From the human T2T-CHM13v2.0 reference genome, Homo sapiens, in assembly GCF_009914755.1 (NCBI RefSeq), contig NC_060942.1: a stretch of DNA of 64,000 nucleotides; one strand, 5' to 3'. Below, piece after piece: positions 1 to 14,553 of the stretch (within the stretch, counting starts at the first letter, position 1; each line of letters starts with the position of its first letter). The notes under the pieces are model-generated. The model saw only the letters and a list, made by a program, of their open reading frames with translations, was not told the origin of the DNA and did not search any database. The position numbers and the translations under genes were made by a program.

Positions 1-212
1 TTCAGCGCTATTTACCGAAAACTTTTCCCTTATCAAGTTCCAAGTCCCTTATCATCATAGAGGGAGAAAAAGGAACCAAAGGCAGGATCTGGACAAGGAG
101 CAGGATAACAAAGGTGGGAGAGAGAAGTCAAAAGTCAACCATTCTGAGTAATGACACCCCCAAAGCATCCTCCAAACACGGAGAAGCCACACAGGGAAAT
201 AACATATGAGTA

Positions 213-511
213 TTTTCTTTTTGAGACAGAGTCTTACTCTGTCGCCCAGGCTGGAGTGCAGTGGCACGATCTCAGCTCACTGCAACCTCTGCCTCCCGGG
301 TTCAAGCTGCATCAGCTTGATTCACCTGCATCAGCCTGAGTAGCTGGGACTACAGGCACTCGCCACCACACCTGACTAATCTTTTGTATTTTTAGTAGAG
401 ACGGGGTTTCACCACGTTAGCCAGGATGGTCTTGATCTCCTGACCTCGTGATCTGCCCGCCTCAGCCTCCCAAAGTGCTGGGATTACAGGCATAAGCCAT
501 CGTGCCTGGCC
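213..511 (-). mobile_element. Alu (AluS-like), full length
   Basis: Reverse-complement Alu, gagacagagtcttactct...gtgcctggcc; degenerate TSD atga(g/a)tattttct. Confidence 0.95.
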
Positions 512-559
512 CACATGAATATTTTCTACCACAAAATGAATTCAATCTCAAAGGGATAT

Positions 560-1160
560 CTAAACCCAGATTAGATCTTGTCACTTCTCTGCTCAGATTC
601 CTGCAGTGGCTCCCCACTTCCCTCATGGTAAAAGCATAGCCCTGACAATGGCCCAGTTGGCTCCACTGGATCAAGTCTTTTTTTGTTCTGCCCTCATCTC
701 CTCCCACTCTCCTATCCGGTTACTCTGTTCCATCCACCATTGGCCTCCTTACTTCACTGGGAACATACCAGGCATGTGCCCGCATAGGGCCTTAGCACTG
801 GCTGTTCCCTTCACCTGGAATTCTCTTCCTGTAGCGAACTCAATGGCGGACCTCCTCGTCTTTCTCAATTCTTTGCTCACTTGTCATCTTCTCAGTGAGC
901 TCTCTACCTTGGCAACCCCATTTAACACTCCAGTTCCCCTATCCGCCTTGTCCTATTGTTTGTATTTTTCCTAAAGTATTTATTACATTCTAATATACGC
1001 TATGCTATGTAATTTACTTAGTTGTTATGTTTATTACACCTTCCCAACTTGAGTGTAGGCTTCTTTGGGCAAAGATCAGTGTATGTCTTGTGTACTGACA
1101 TATCCCCCATACCTGGAACATTATAAGTGTTCAAAAAATACTTACTGAATTAGTAAATCA
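560..1160 (+). mobile_element. L2 LINE 3' fragment (degenerate)
   Basis: L2-like phrases such as gcactggctgttcccttcacctggaattctcttcc and the tail gttcaaaaaatacttactgaat. Confidence 0.65.
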
Positions 1161-1368
1161 ACATTTTGAGACTACTGGGGAGGAGCTCTTGAACAAGAAA
1201 ATGATGTCAAAGATAGTGTATGGTTCAGTACCTATTAATTTTAAATGAATAAAATACCACTGGTGGTCTACCTAGTGTGTTGACATTAAGTTGTATTTCA
1301 GAAATGAAAAATATTTATAGATATCTTCTGGGTTTACCCCAATGCTCAGTATCCATCCATTTTCACAC

Positions 1369-1759
1369 TGTATTAGTTCGTTTTCACACTGCTATAAAGA
1401 ACTTCCCTGAGACTGGGTAGTTTATAAAGGAAAGAGGTTTAACTGACTCGCCATTCCATGTGGCTGGGGAGGCCTCAGGAAACTTACAATCATGGCAGAA
1501 GGTGAAGGAGAAGCAAGTACCTTCTTCACAAGGCAGCAGGAGAGAGAAGAGAGCAAGAGAAGAACTACCAAACACTTATAAAACCATCAGCTCTCATGCG
1601 AACTCACTCACTATTATGAGAACAGCATGGGGGAAACTGCCCCCATGATCCAATCGCCTCCCTCACTTGGCACATAGGGATTACAGATCCCTCTCTCCAC
1701 ATGTGGGCATTACAATTCACGATGAGATTTGGGTGGGGACACAGAATCAAACCACATCA
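1369..1759 (-). mobile_element. MaLR solo LTR (THE1/MSTA family)
   Basis: tgtattagt..cacactgctataaag..gagactgggt..aggtttaactgactc...gagatttgggtggggacacag..accacatca; TG...CA termini. Confidence 0.92.
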
Positions 1760-2319
1760 ACCCCTAAGTCTGTTTTCCTCTTAAGTGATCTGAACTTTGA
1801 CTTTTCTTGCCATAAGGCTTCTAAAAATCTTAACCCTCATCATTGTGTTAGTGAGGGAACTGCAGTAGCTTTAAGAAGCCTAGCTATTGAACCTATGACT
1901 AGAAGGCCATGTGACAAAACCCATTACAGAGAAAGCCCTATGGATTTGTGAGGTTTTACAGGGGCAGAAGGATCTCGCAGCAGATTGAGGTTTTCTTTTC
2001 CTAAGTTATTTGGGAGACTTCAGAATCAACTGGAACTTAAGAGCATCATTCTAAAGCTTGATACATAGAAGCTCCTACAGGAGATGGGGAGGGATGATTA
2101 CATCAAACCTTAAAAATATAAATATCAAAAATAAACCAAGCCAATTTACTATCCAAACAGCTAATGTATTTAGGCAAAAGACTTTTAAAAAGACAATTGC
2201 ATTTTTTATTACATTAAGTGCAATGTAGAGTGGCACCGATTGTCTCCACTTCACTCTTTTTATAGCATATTTTATCTTTTTCTAGTTAAATGTATTCAAT
2301 GCTTTTTAAAAAGGTTGTT

Positions 2320-2455
2320 AAAATGTACATAACATTTTAACCATTTAACTGTATGGTTCAGTGGCATTGAATACATTCACAATGTTGTTCAAGCATCATC
2401 ACTGTCAATTTCCAAAATTTTCTCATCATCGCAAACAAAAATTCTGCACTCATTA
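2320..2455 (-). mobile_element. Old L1M 3' fragment
   Basis: ttcagtggcattgaatacattcacaatgttg...catcactgtcaatttccaaaattttctcatc resembles an L1MB/MC 3'UTR. Confidence 0.65.
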
Positions 2456-2610
2456 ATTTTTTTAATATCCTGGAAATATTGTCTCAGCCATTCTTTTCAG
2501 TGATGGCCACCAAATAGACTAACCTCTGGGGTATAGACTAAAATGGCTAAAAGTCAAGCACATGGTTAAGTGACCTTCATGGTACCCCTAAAAAATGTTC
2601 GTGAAAATAA

Positions 2611-3055
<445 letters not shown>

Positions 3056-4584
3056 TAATCTAAGGAAAACAAGACAGAATGATAAGAATTGTTTTGTGTC
3101 TTATCACTGTTTACATCCTCCACAGTGTCTAGCACACAGAATGCATTTGACCCATATTCATGTGCAGATGGGTTCATAAAATGTCTATTGAGTAATGACT
3201 CTATGCATGACATCTTACTGAGTACCTTGAGGGACATGGAGATTATTCAGACTTGGAGCTTCACTTCAAGCTCCTTGTAAATGATCATAAGAAACCTGAT
3301 ATGCACATTCTAGAGGTAGCTATTTGATAACTTATTTAGCTTTTTCCTTGGCCTAAACCCAGTTTTTATTTCATTTTTCTTTCCATTACTCTAATTTCCC
3401 AGGCCCTTTCTAAAGTCTTTGCTCAGCATGGTCTGTACAACTTACTTTAGCATCTTCAAAATGTTCAGCAGTAGCAAGAAATCTAAAAGCCTGAATTGTC
3501 CAATAAAGGATTCTCCCTTTCTTCCCTTTTCAAAGCCCCCTCCCCCAATAATAACAACAACAATCCATCCTCAGGAACAGTTAGATGTGTGTCAATCAGA
3601 TAATGTTGGTTCTTGGCACTATCTTTGCATTTAAAAGGGAAAAAATTTAACTGGGGCAGCATAAGAAAACAAATGCAATGAGATTTTTCCATTAGTTTAA
3701 ATTATTCTAGATAGTAATATTCCTTAGTATACAAATTTAGTAATAGAATAACCTCAAGTTTACAATCCAACGAATGTGTTCTATTTATTATAATGCTCCT
3801 GATTTTGTAGATTGGTAGTATCAGACAGTGGATAGTGGATCTACTATCAAATAGTAATTCCCCTCTCATGCTTTGCTGCATAAACTGATATCTGCCCTAT
3901 CAATCTCATGAGCCAAATGTCATTTTCTGAAGGAAAAAGGGGTTACTTATAATTATGGTAGTTACAAAATCAAGTATATATATATAACATATTTAAATAA
4001 ATTGTCGGTAGCTGTTTTTAACCATTGATGGTGTTGGGCTAGGACGTCTGCTTTATCTCCTTGTCTGTCAGAAATTATAAAGTTCTATTTGTTCAAGGTG
4101 AGGAGAGCATAGTACAAAAGATATTAAGTGGCTTCCCTTGGGTAAATACCAGATAAAATCATGTAATTAAAGAGCCTTACTTCTAACTTCCCAATATTAT
4201 CCAAGTGTTATAGTAGACAGTCAGTGTCCTACAATGTCTGTCAAGCCTTGTCACCAAAAAACACTGGAACATTGAGAAAAGCATGTGGACCAGCAAACCT
4301 GCTGTAAAACTGATAGTAATGGCACCAGCCCTAAGCAGCTTACTTTCTCAGAAAAATAATCAGCCTTTTTGATATAATCAAGTATGATACATTTTATCTT
4401 TCAATTTAAATAGTGCTAAATAAAAAACAATGATATTATATTGTGGAGAAAAATAAAGTGAGAAAAATTTATGTAACTAAACAAGAATCAGAATCTGCTT
4501 CAAACATGGTCATAATCATCATTTTCTTCTCATTTATTGTTCTGGGAGGATTCAGCCAGGAATAGACAGAGACTTTATTAGGAT

Positions 4585-5045
4585 CAGTGCTTAGTCTGTT
4601 TCCCCAGGAAGCAGACCTCAGGACAAAACTTGCATGGAAGCAGCTCACTGGGATAGTGAACCCAGAACAAACTGAAACCAGGAAGGGAGGAAAGCTGATA
4701 GACAGTGCAGGAATTTCCAAGAAACCTTGTCCAATGCACTCCAGAACTGTCCATTCAGGAGACAAAAGGAGAGAGTTCTAACCTAGCTGCTCTGTCCTGC
4801 ATTGGTCAATGGTTGCCTACAGGAGTTAATGTCCTCATGCTTCTAGGTTGCACATGTGTGAGTGGTAGCTAAGTTCCAGGTGTTTGTACTGAGATGTCAG
4901 AGGTATTCAGAAAGAGGCTGAGGCCAGCCATTGTCCGGTTGCAGCTGCATCAACCTGGTTAAAATCTGTGTGGTACCAGTCACGTGTGCAGGGGCAGGAG
5001 AAAGAGGCAGGGCCAAGAGGATTTCCAAAGGTACACAAGAAGGAT
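4585..5045. mobile_element. Ancient ERVL-type LTR (LTR16/LTR33/LTR41-like)
   Basis: ttccccaggaagcagacctcaggacaaaacttgcatggaagcagctcactggg resembles ERVL LTR ends; locally raised GC. Confidence 0.5.
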
Positions 5046-5109
5046 CTGAAATATCACTCACTTGATTTTCATTATTCAGGGTTCTTCATCACTATTTTTC
5101 ATGGGCTTT

Positions 5110-5357
5110 TTAAAAAATTTTGTTTTAATTGAAAAAGAGTAGTATACATTAATATGTATGGAGTACAATGTGATGTTATGATAAGGTAGACATTGTGTAA
5201 TAATTAAAACAGGCTAATTGACATATACATCTATCTTACATACTTATCATTTCTTTGTGATTAGAGCATTTAAAATCTAATCTTTTAGCAATTTTGAAAT
5301 ATACATTATTAACTTTAGTCACCATGCTGTGCAATAGATCACTAAAACTTATCCCAT
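5110..5357 (-). mobile_element. L1MA-type 3' end fragment
   Basis: gtacaatgtgatgtt...tcttttagcaattttgaaatatac...gtcaccatgctgtgcaatagatcact. Confidence 0.8.
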
Positions 5358-8300
5358 TGGCCTTAAAAGTTTTTTTTAACAAAAGATACACTCCTCATGT
5401 TCTTTATACTATATTGATTTATGGATGACCTCACTCAAGATACCTATAAATGACCTGTACTGCTGATTAACCACCTAGAGATCTCTTCATCCCAAATTCT
5501 AGTCCTATTTCCCAAGCAATTTTCTATGCACTAGGGAGCTGGGCCACAGCTATTTTCTGAATGAATGAATGAATAAATAAATAAATAAAGTGGATTTTCT
5601 GTTATTTATTTGTATTTATTCTCATTGCACAGAGAATTGTATAGATATATAGTACAGAATGAATGAAGTAAAAGTAATGCAGTTGCTACTTACTCACTTT
5701 TTTCAATGGCCAGGTATACTTCATCTATTTGAGTTTATGTTGGCCAGATGGGCACATAATTCAGGGTCAGTGAGTTCAAATTTCTAAAGGACAAGTAGGA
5801 GACAGTTCCTCATGGCTGCCAGCCCTATCGGTGCTCTTTCAGAATGTGGCCTCTGGCTTCTAGGATTCTGGCCACAGTTCAAGTTACTGCATAAGAAATA
5901 AGAAAGGTTCTGTGGAAAACTATGCCCAATAAAGCCTTGTGGAGCTTTCTTAGAACACTGAGGTAAAGGGAAAGCTTCTAAAGATTATGTGTAATGCTGG
6001 GCATCCAGTAGGTGCCCTACTCTATTCCATTCACTTAGCATTATTGAGAACCCAGTTTGAACAAGGTATTATGCAGAGTTGAGAGGAATGCAAAGATGAA
6101 CAAGACATAGCCCATGCCCTCAAGATGCTAGCACGTAGTTCTGTGGTTTTTAAGTTTACCCCCACGTATCTTCTGGAGAAACTGATGAAAGCCATGGACC
6201 TATGTTTCAAAATATACATGACCCTGAGCATAAAATTTAGCTCATGATTTTATATTAAGTGGAATTTATAATTCCAATTATGGAATGATATAAAACATTC
6301 AGGAAAAAACTTGTTTATTAATAACTATGGAAAATATGTAGTGTCATAAATGGTCCAATAGATATGTGAAGTGCTCTGGGAGCAACAAAAGGGAGAAAGT
6401 AATCCTACCTGAGGGTATAAGAATGAGCATCCTCAGGGACATGGCATGTGAGTGGTACCTTGAGGGATGGTGATTGTAGGGCACACCTGGTGGAGGGAGC
6501 AGGCTAAGTAAAGGCACATACAAGAAAGCCAAGGGAATGTCCTGGAATTTAAGAAGTCCAGTGTGGCTAGAGCATAGGACTCTTGGAAGAAGCTGGAGAA
6601 TAGTGGGAGATGGGACTACAGACTAGTAGACTGAGGTCCAAACACTGATTTTCATGCTTAGCCTGTTGGGTTTTACTCAATAGGCAATGGAGAACGGCAT
6701 GGCCAGAGCAGAACCTTATAATATTTCTTAGGATAGATAGAAAGAGACAGAAAGTGGAGGTGAGTAGGAGGCTTTCTTCTAAGTAGAAGGCTTTTACAAG
6801 CCTAGATTAGGGCACTAGAATGTAGGGAATGATAAGACCACATTAAAGATGTGAGCTCTAAAAGCCCTTTATAAAATGACTGTCCACAGGAGAAATAAGA
6901 TACAAGATTTTCTTGCTTCTAAAGTGATTAATATTCTGAATAAAGTTAAACACTGGCAATGAGAAATTAGTTATCATTCAGATCTGTCTTTTCATTTACC
7001 TTCTCTTATTATTTTTGTAATCCTTGGTATAATACTTTAAAAATAATGGGCTTAATAAATCCTTGTTCAATTGAATGTTTTTAGATTTAATTTATAGTGT
7101 GACAGCTACTGAGTCAACAATTTTCATACCTCACTTTGAATAACGATTCTGGTCTGCAGACACAATTTAAGGAATACTGAATACCTTTTCCTAATAGGCA
7201 ATGGATGTACTACCAGGGCCTGTGAAGATTGGCATGATATTCAATTTGATTTTACACCAAAAATATGTTGTAGACCTTTTCATGAAGGTTTATTACATCA
7301 TCTTAACCAGGAAATTAAAGTGAAACTAAAATGTTATCTCTGTAAGACATGATGCTTCTCTCTAAGGATCCTTAGCAAAGAGAACTACCTTGGAGATAAA
7401 AGCATGCTTTCAGAGCCAGAAAGACGTTGAGATTGGAAGCATAAAAACGCCTAGTGAGCTACTCAGCTGTTGTTTGGGTTCACATTTTATAAAGGTATAG
7501 CTCATGCTCACTAATGGAAAACAAATCTGAAGATTGTGCCTTTAGTAACATTTTCTTTCTGATTTCAATGTTTGGTTAATGTGGGTGATGGCGGATAGCT
7601 TCAGTGTAATCACATAAAAATGTATCTATTGACCCTGGAAAAGCATACCATTTAATTGAGTCCTTCTTCCCTAAAAGATTTTTAAATACCATTTTCTCAT
7701 GATAAGAGGCCTGAACAAGGGCATAAAAATAAATTATTTATTTTAGAGCTCTTAACAACTAGGTAATTTGCACCTGGCTTTCTTGGCCACAGTGCTCCCA
7801 GGAAATTCCTCTGAATCAAAGGAGCATCTCTATTCTTCCTGTCTCTTGTCTAACTCCATTCTTTAAGTTGTGCTCCATAGCAGTGGTTCTCAAACTTTAT
7901 TGTCTAACAAAATCATCTAAGAAGCTGATTATACCTAGGGATGCCCTGGCCACACTCTAGACCTATGGATTCAAACTCGATAGTTTGAGACCCACTTATG
8001 GCTCTAAAGAACAGCCCGGGTTTCCACCACCATACCTCTTAGCTTTAGATGGGGCTCTGAATTAACTCACATAGTAGTCTGAAAATGAAATTAAACATTT
8101 AACTTTAGGAGATTCAAATCTTTAATAAAATATAAAAACAAAGATATTCCCTCATTGAAAAATTAAGAGTGTTATATACTGGGCAGTATAAATGAATAGT
8201 TATAGACCCTGCTTTCCTCTAAGCTCCAACACAAATTTCTCTGGTTCTAGGTCAATATAAAATCTAAATGCACCATCATCGTTCTTTGCTCTGTGCCATT

Positions 8301-8804
8301 GCTCACTGAACCCACTTCTTCCTGGAATATCCTTCCCTCCTTATCCCCATCTATGCACTTTCTGCTGTGTTTTAGGAATCAACTTGAGCCTTACCTCCTC
8401 TTCCAAATCTTTACATAGTTTCCAGCCCATAAAGCATTCCTGTATTTTGAGCTCCTGTAGCACTTTTCTTTTTAATCTGCACTGTGGATGTGGGCTTTGG
8501 ATAACACAGTGTCTTGTGGTGATCTTCAGTTAGGTCATCTGAGTGTGTCTTTCCCCATGAGACTTACAATCTTTTTTGTAGTCAGGCTCTCATATTTTGT
8601 TAAATCACCAATAACATCAACCATAATGCATTGTAGAGCCTTAAAAATGCTGGTTGGATTTAATTTCTTTGAAACTATTATGGAATCTAGCTGCTTGTTC
8701 CATTTCCCAACTCTGTGTGTATATGCATATGGCAATCTTTCTCCATATGTTACAGCCTGCATGTATGATTGATGCATGGCAACTAGTGATACACTGAAAT
8801 ATTC

Positions 8805-9080
8805 TTTTTTTTTTTTTTTTGAGATGGAGTCTTGCTCTGTCGCCCAGGCTGGAGTGCAGTGGTGCGATCTTGGCCCGGTTTCACACCATTCTCCTGCCTC
8901 AGCCTCCCGAGTAGCTGGGACTATAGGCGCCCACCACCACGCCCAGCTAATTTTTGTATTTTTAGTAGAGACAGGGTTTCACCGTGTTAGCCAGGATGGT
9001 CTCAATCTCCTGACCTCATGATCCGCCCTCCTCAGCCTCCCAAAGTGCCAGGATTATAGGCGTGAGCCACCACACCGGCC
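8805..9080 (-). mobile_element. AluY with an internal deletion of about 19 nt
   Basis: T16 tail; cttggc|ccggtttcacaccattc lacks tcactgcaagctccgcctc; TSD ctgaaatatt. Confidence 0.95.
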
Positions 9081-10492
9081 CCTGAAATATTTGATTTGAA
9101 ATTGAACTAAACTCGTAATCACTGTGATACAGTCTCTCATGGATTTATAACATCATTTCATCCACTAAAGGGAAAACAAACCTCAAGTTATAGAAGAAAG
9201 CTCATATTAAGGGACAAATATATTTATACCAGACAGAGTGAGGCAAAGAATTGAAAGAATTTTTGTGAGTGGAAAATTTTTATAATTCTACCTGAATATG
9301 ACAGTAAATTTTAATGCCTCTCTGTTTGCTCTCAAAAATAAGAATAATGCCTAAAATTTATATAGTACTTTATATTTTACTCTTTTCCCATGTACATTTT
9401 CACTGTTCCTCAGAACTCTATCAGAAAGGATATTATTATTCCCATTGTACAAATGAAGAAACACTTGAATCCCAGTGTCTCAGTTCATGTTTCTCTATAA
9501 GAGAATATAAATAGTATGTATATATAAATGTCAAATCCCATTGTATACCTCTGAATATATACAATTTTTATATGCCGATTGAATATTTTGAAATCTAAAA
9601 GGAGAGAAAATAGATTATTATTGCATGCTCAATGCACTTATTTAATATCTCTATCTCCTCCCTCTCCGACACACATGTAAGTTCTGTGTGATTAGGGACC
9701 TGTCTATTTTGTACACTCCAATTCTAGAAACCAGAACAGCACTGCAACACAATAAGGACTGAATAAACACTTATTGTATGAGAGAAGTTATAAGACTAAG
9801 ATGGAAGACTACAAAATGCAGCCAGTGAGCAGCTTAGGGTAATGAGTCTCAGGAACCTAGTGTCACTCCTGACATTCTCAAGGGGCTAAGTTCCTCTCCC
9901 TACCTCCTCACACCCCAGTTCTGTGAAGCCTGGCCCACATGTGAGCTCCTTAAAAGCAATTTTTTCTTAAAGTCTACTTGGTGCTTAGAATACTGAATGA
10001 AACTTTCCATTTGAGAGTTGTCGTAGGAACAAGACAATGCTTATATGCGTGTTCATCTGTTCATTCTAAGGACATTGGAACTTTGTTTGATAACTAAAAG
10101 AATGAGTCTCCATAATTAACTTTTCTACAAGCTAGCAAATGTATTTTAAGAATCTGCTATATGAAAGAACATAATATGGCACTTCAAACCCGGTGTGTAA
10201 ACTAATCAGAAATACTACCTGAACTTTGTTCTTGTACTCTGAAGAGTGTAATTGCAATGGAAATTCATGCCGGGAATATTGCACTGAAGGTCAGGAAATT
10301 TACATCTAGGGAGGGGAGAACTGAATGCATTTTCAGGAGAAACTATTTATCTTTGTTGCTATGGGGATTCCTGCATATATCTGCATATCTCAAAGAGGGG
10401 AAAACAAGTCATAACAGAAACCTCAGACACCAGTCACCCTCACTTTAAGCACGGAGGGCAGGGTGGAGATTGAGGGAGCATGCGCATGGATA

Positions 10493-10521
10493 TACACACA
10501 CACACACAAAACCACACACAA
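10493..10521. repeat. Imperfect (CA)n microsatellite
   Basis: tacacacacacacacacaaaaccacacacaa. Confidence 0.8.
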
Positions 10522-11997
10522 CACTGTCTACGCACAAGAAGATATATGTATTCCCAATAGCAGATCAACAGATTATATCCAATTTCCAGCATAACTACAA
10601 TTTCCTGTTCTCCTAATTAAAGCACATCATAATGCAATGAGTGACCTTCTTAGGGATTAAGCCTCAAACCCTTCTAAAATAATATGTATATATATCCTTA
10701 TACAAATCACTGTTAAACTGCATAAATTAATTTATGGTAATCAGCTTCTTGCAATACACCTCACAACCTACGAAGACATTTCAGGCTGTCTTGATGCCAA
10801 AGGACTGAGAACTACTGACTTCAAGAAGCGCTTCTTATACTTAAATGTGAATACAAACTGCCTAGATATGTTGTTAAAATGCAGATTACGATTTTCTAGG
10901 TCTGTGTGGGAGCCTAAGAGATGCAGCATTTCTAAATAGCCTGTGTTTTGTTACTACAAGTGTGATGTTGGACCACCAGTATCACCAGGAATCCATTTTA
11001 CATCCTTGCAGGTGATTCCATTGTGAAGCCACAGTTAAGGATCACTATTCCATAATGACTAAAGCTAAGTCACTATAATTGTCTACTGACCTTTCTCAGC
11101 TGCAAGCCCTTTGAAAACCTTCTAAAAGTTTATAATCAGTGGTTGTCAGAATCACCTGGAGAGTTTTGTCAAAACCCTTTTCCACTCTTTTATATTTTGG
11201 ACTCAGGAGGTGGTAGAGTCTGGGTTTGAGAATTTTGAGATCATCAAATGCTTTAGAAAAAGAACATCATGCTTAGATTCAGAAACTTGGACCCAGCCTC
11301 AGGGATTCAAGAAAGGCTGGCCCTGGATAAATCATAAAATAGACTAAATCTTGAAGTTGTCTTTTTGATATTTTTCTCCCCCATATTTTATCTAACTTAT
11401 ATGATTCTACTATTTCTAATAAAGTTTATGACATCAGCCATCTCTATCTAGATATAACTAGGTTTGTCATTTTAGCACTTTTCCTACGGATGCTTGGATT
11501 TAAGTCATCTCTGTGAATGAAGGACTCCATCTCCCATTAAAATAGTGCAAGATGTCAGAAAACACATTAAAAATATCTCTTGAGATAAACAAACTCTCCT
11601 TTACCCATCTGCAACTCTCCCCCCAACACCCGAACCTAGCCCTTTTCTACCTGAGATTGCCTGGATTTATAGAAAACCATTGAAGCTTTGTCTATTTCCA
11701 TTTATGTATGTAAAGACAAATCTTAGGTCTTAATAATTAATGCCTGAAATCAACACTATTATCGTTACTTTTAAGATTCCATGAAGAACTAAATATTAGG
11801 TTAAGAATGCATTTTGTCTATTCTCGATGTGGTTATTGTTAACTAAGGAATTTCGTTATGCAAACCGTTGCCTTTCCTAGTATATTAATGTAAAATATAT
11901 GCAACTGTATAGATGAGGGAATTCCTCCTATCTCCTGTGCCTAGTAGCAGGTGCTCTATTAATGGACGACTGGTTTGATAGCTATTTAGTAAAATGC

Positions 11998-12035
11998 GCG
12001 CAGTGCCATCTAGTGGTTCATAGTCATTATTACAC
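11998..12035 (-). promoter_or_regulatory. CTCF-binding motif
   Basis: Reverse complement reads TGTAAT..(spacer)..GAACCACTAGATGGCACTGCGC, a near-consensus core plus an upstream-module-like TGTAAT. Confidence 0.6.
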
Positions 12036-12204
12036 AACCTAAATGTCATCTAAAATGATTTAACTAGCACAGCAGTAAGCAACATATTTATACAACTGTC
12101 AGACTTTTAAAACAAACTTCTTAATAACTTCTTAATGAATCTCAACTTAGCATTTCTCAGTGTCACTATTTAAATAAACAAAAGGCTTATGTTACTTAAA
12201 TTTC

Positions 12205-12400
12205 TCAATAACTAATGTATACTGAATGCTTATTATACAATGCTTATTATAAGCACTATGTGGAGTGCTTTATGTGAAGTATCTCATTTGACCCCCCCAA
12301 AACAACAATGTAGTAGAGAAAATAGTATTGTCCTCATTTTACAGGCGAGGAAACTGAAACCTAAGGAAGTTAAGTGACTTGCCCAAGGTCATAGGGACAG
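12205..12400 (-). mobile_element. MIR SINE
   Basis: cattttacaggcgaggaaactgaaacctaaggaagttaagtgacttgcccaaggtca matches the MIR core. Confidence 0.85.
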
Positions 12401-13984
12401 TCAGTAGGGGACCCCAGCCACTGCCCCGGTTCCTGCACCTTCTGCACTATGCTTACACCTCCCAAGGTAGTCGCCAATGAAATAAAGTTTCCATGAAACC
12501 TTTGTGAAAGATAGCCTCCTCACCAGGTTTCTAATGACCCGATATGGTAAAATCAACTTAAACTCCACTAACTCAAAATTTATGACAACAAAACTAAGTG
12601 TCTGCTTTTGTGGCTGCAATGCACTTTGTGATTCTTTTACTTCACCCACATAATACGTCATCAAGATTATGGGTTGATTAATTTATTGAAATTGGGATAC
12701 TTGGCTAAAATTTAGTTTTGGACTCACAGATCTTATAAATTAGTAGTAGAATAGTATGGCTTTAGATCAGAGTGTATTTAGTTATTTTATCACAAATAGC
12801 TCATTTCTTGATCATCTATTATGTAAATACACGTTCTCTTTTAATCTCACTATAACTGCCTCTGGATGGCATTCGTTTCCTCATTTTAAAAAAGGAATAA
12901 TACAATGTATAAACAAAATATTATTACATTTTATTTTTATTAATAAAATTTGCCCAGTTTTGCAGTTATTTCCAGAGCCAGGAATGAAACCTTAATCTCT
13001 GTGGCTGCAAAATCTGAATTCTTTCCACTATGCCACCACTGGAAAATAAGGGGTACAATGTGCGTGACTGCAGTTTTTTCTGCATAGTACCACCTTGTAG
13101 ACAAAAATACCACCATCCCTTACTGGAACGAAAACAATATGCTCCAACTACTTCCCACTGTGTGCCTGTCCGTCTCCGCTCCTTTCTTCCCTTAAAGTCA
13201 GAAATGACATTTTTAAGCTGCATTCCTGATCATGTTGCTGTCCTACTTAAAACCCATGTCTTCATACTCAGCATAAAGAGCCAAATCCTTATTGTAGTTA
13301 TGGTGCTCCTGCAACCTTATCTTGTTCTGGCCCAATCAAGACCATATCGTAATCCCATTTTATACCTAGCATGCTATATGTCACAGTATGTCACTATTTC
13401 TGATCACCCGTTTGTGTGATTGTGTGAGTCATGTCTGTATTCCCACCAGACTGTTAGCTCCCATAGGCAGGAACCACATCTATATTGTTTGTATTGAGTC
13501 CTCACAATCTACCATAGTGTTTGCATATAATTATGAAAACTAGTTTTACTTAAATCATTTTTAATTATCTATTCTCACAGTTAGCCAGAATTATTTTATT
13601 TTTCATGAAATATTTTTCTTTTACGTTCCTTATATTAGGACCTTCAATATGTAAGCACATAAATGCAGCATATTTATGTTTAATACCTTTCATATAATTT
13701 CTAGGTATTTGATTATAATAATAAACAACTATTGTCTCCTACATGACATGCCCTATTCCAAGTGTTTTACAGGCATTATTTTATTCAGCTGTCATAGTAA
13801 TCATCCGAAAGTAGATGCTATTTTCAGTTCCACTTTTCTAACATGAAGATTCAGAGAAGTTAATTAGACTGACAGTATACCTAGGATTCAAACCAGTGTC
13901 TCTGTGATTCTTCATGACTATGCCTTATTGCATTTTAGAAAGCAAATGCATCCTTAGAAAACCCTGTTTCACTGTTGAGTCATT

Positions 13985-14400
13985 TCTTTGTCATTCTCTC
14001 ATTTAGTCAAAAGACATTTACCAAGTTCCTATGTGTAAGGATGTGTAAGGCAGTGTGAGGGGCACTAGGGGTGTGAACAGTTATCACAATAGACACAGCC
14101 TTGTCCTGTGCCACATGCAACGCAGAATGGGAAACAGACAAACTGTTGGTCTACACAAGAGTGCCCACTACATGCTGTGATGGGGAAGGACAGAGCTCTA
14201 AGGTGGTGCATGCAAGGGGTATAAAACCCGGAGACAGGGTTTCTGATCCAGCCCAGAAAGATATCCTTGAGGAAGTAATGTTGACGCCAAGGTATAGTAG
14301 ATGAGATGTAGATGAGAAGTACACAGGGGCTAGATGAAAAAAGAAAAGAAAGAAAAAAAACTTCAATCCTTGTTTAGATTTCAAATTAATGGGAAGTTAT
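13985..14400 (-). mobile_element. L2 fragment
   Basis: catttagtcaaaagacatttaccaag...gacacagccttgtcctg...atccttgaggaagtaatgttga. Confidence 0.55.
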
Positions 14401-14422
14401 TAAAGGACTTTAAGCAGCATAC

Positions 14423-14553
14423 TATATATATATATTTTTTTTTTTTTTTTTTTTTTTTTTGAGACGGAGTCTCGCTCTGTTGCCCAGGTTGGAGTGCAGT
14501 GGCGCAATCTTGGCTCACTGCAAGCTCCGCCTCCCGGCTTCACGCCATTCTCC
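14423..14553 (-). mobile_element. Severely 5'-truncated young AluY (about 93 nt body, long T tail plus (TA)n)
   Basis: gagacggagtctcgc...cttcacgccattctcc with CpGs retained; flanked by AAGCAGCATAC copies. Confidence 0.93.

Noticed and set aside
13030-13419. 129-aa ORF, also 606..974 and 50860..51267
   Set aside because: No recognisable protein; the first two overlap L2-like decayed sequence, and the lengths are compatible with chance in 64 kb.
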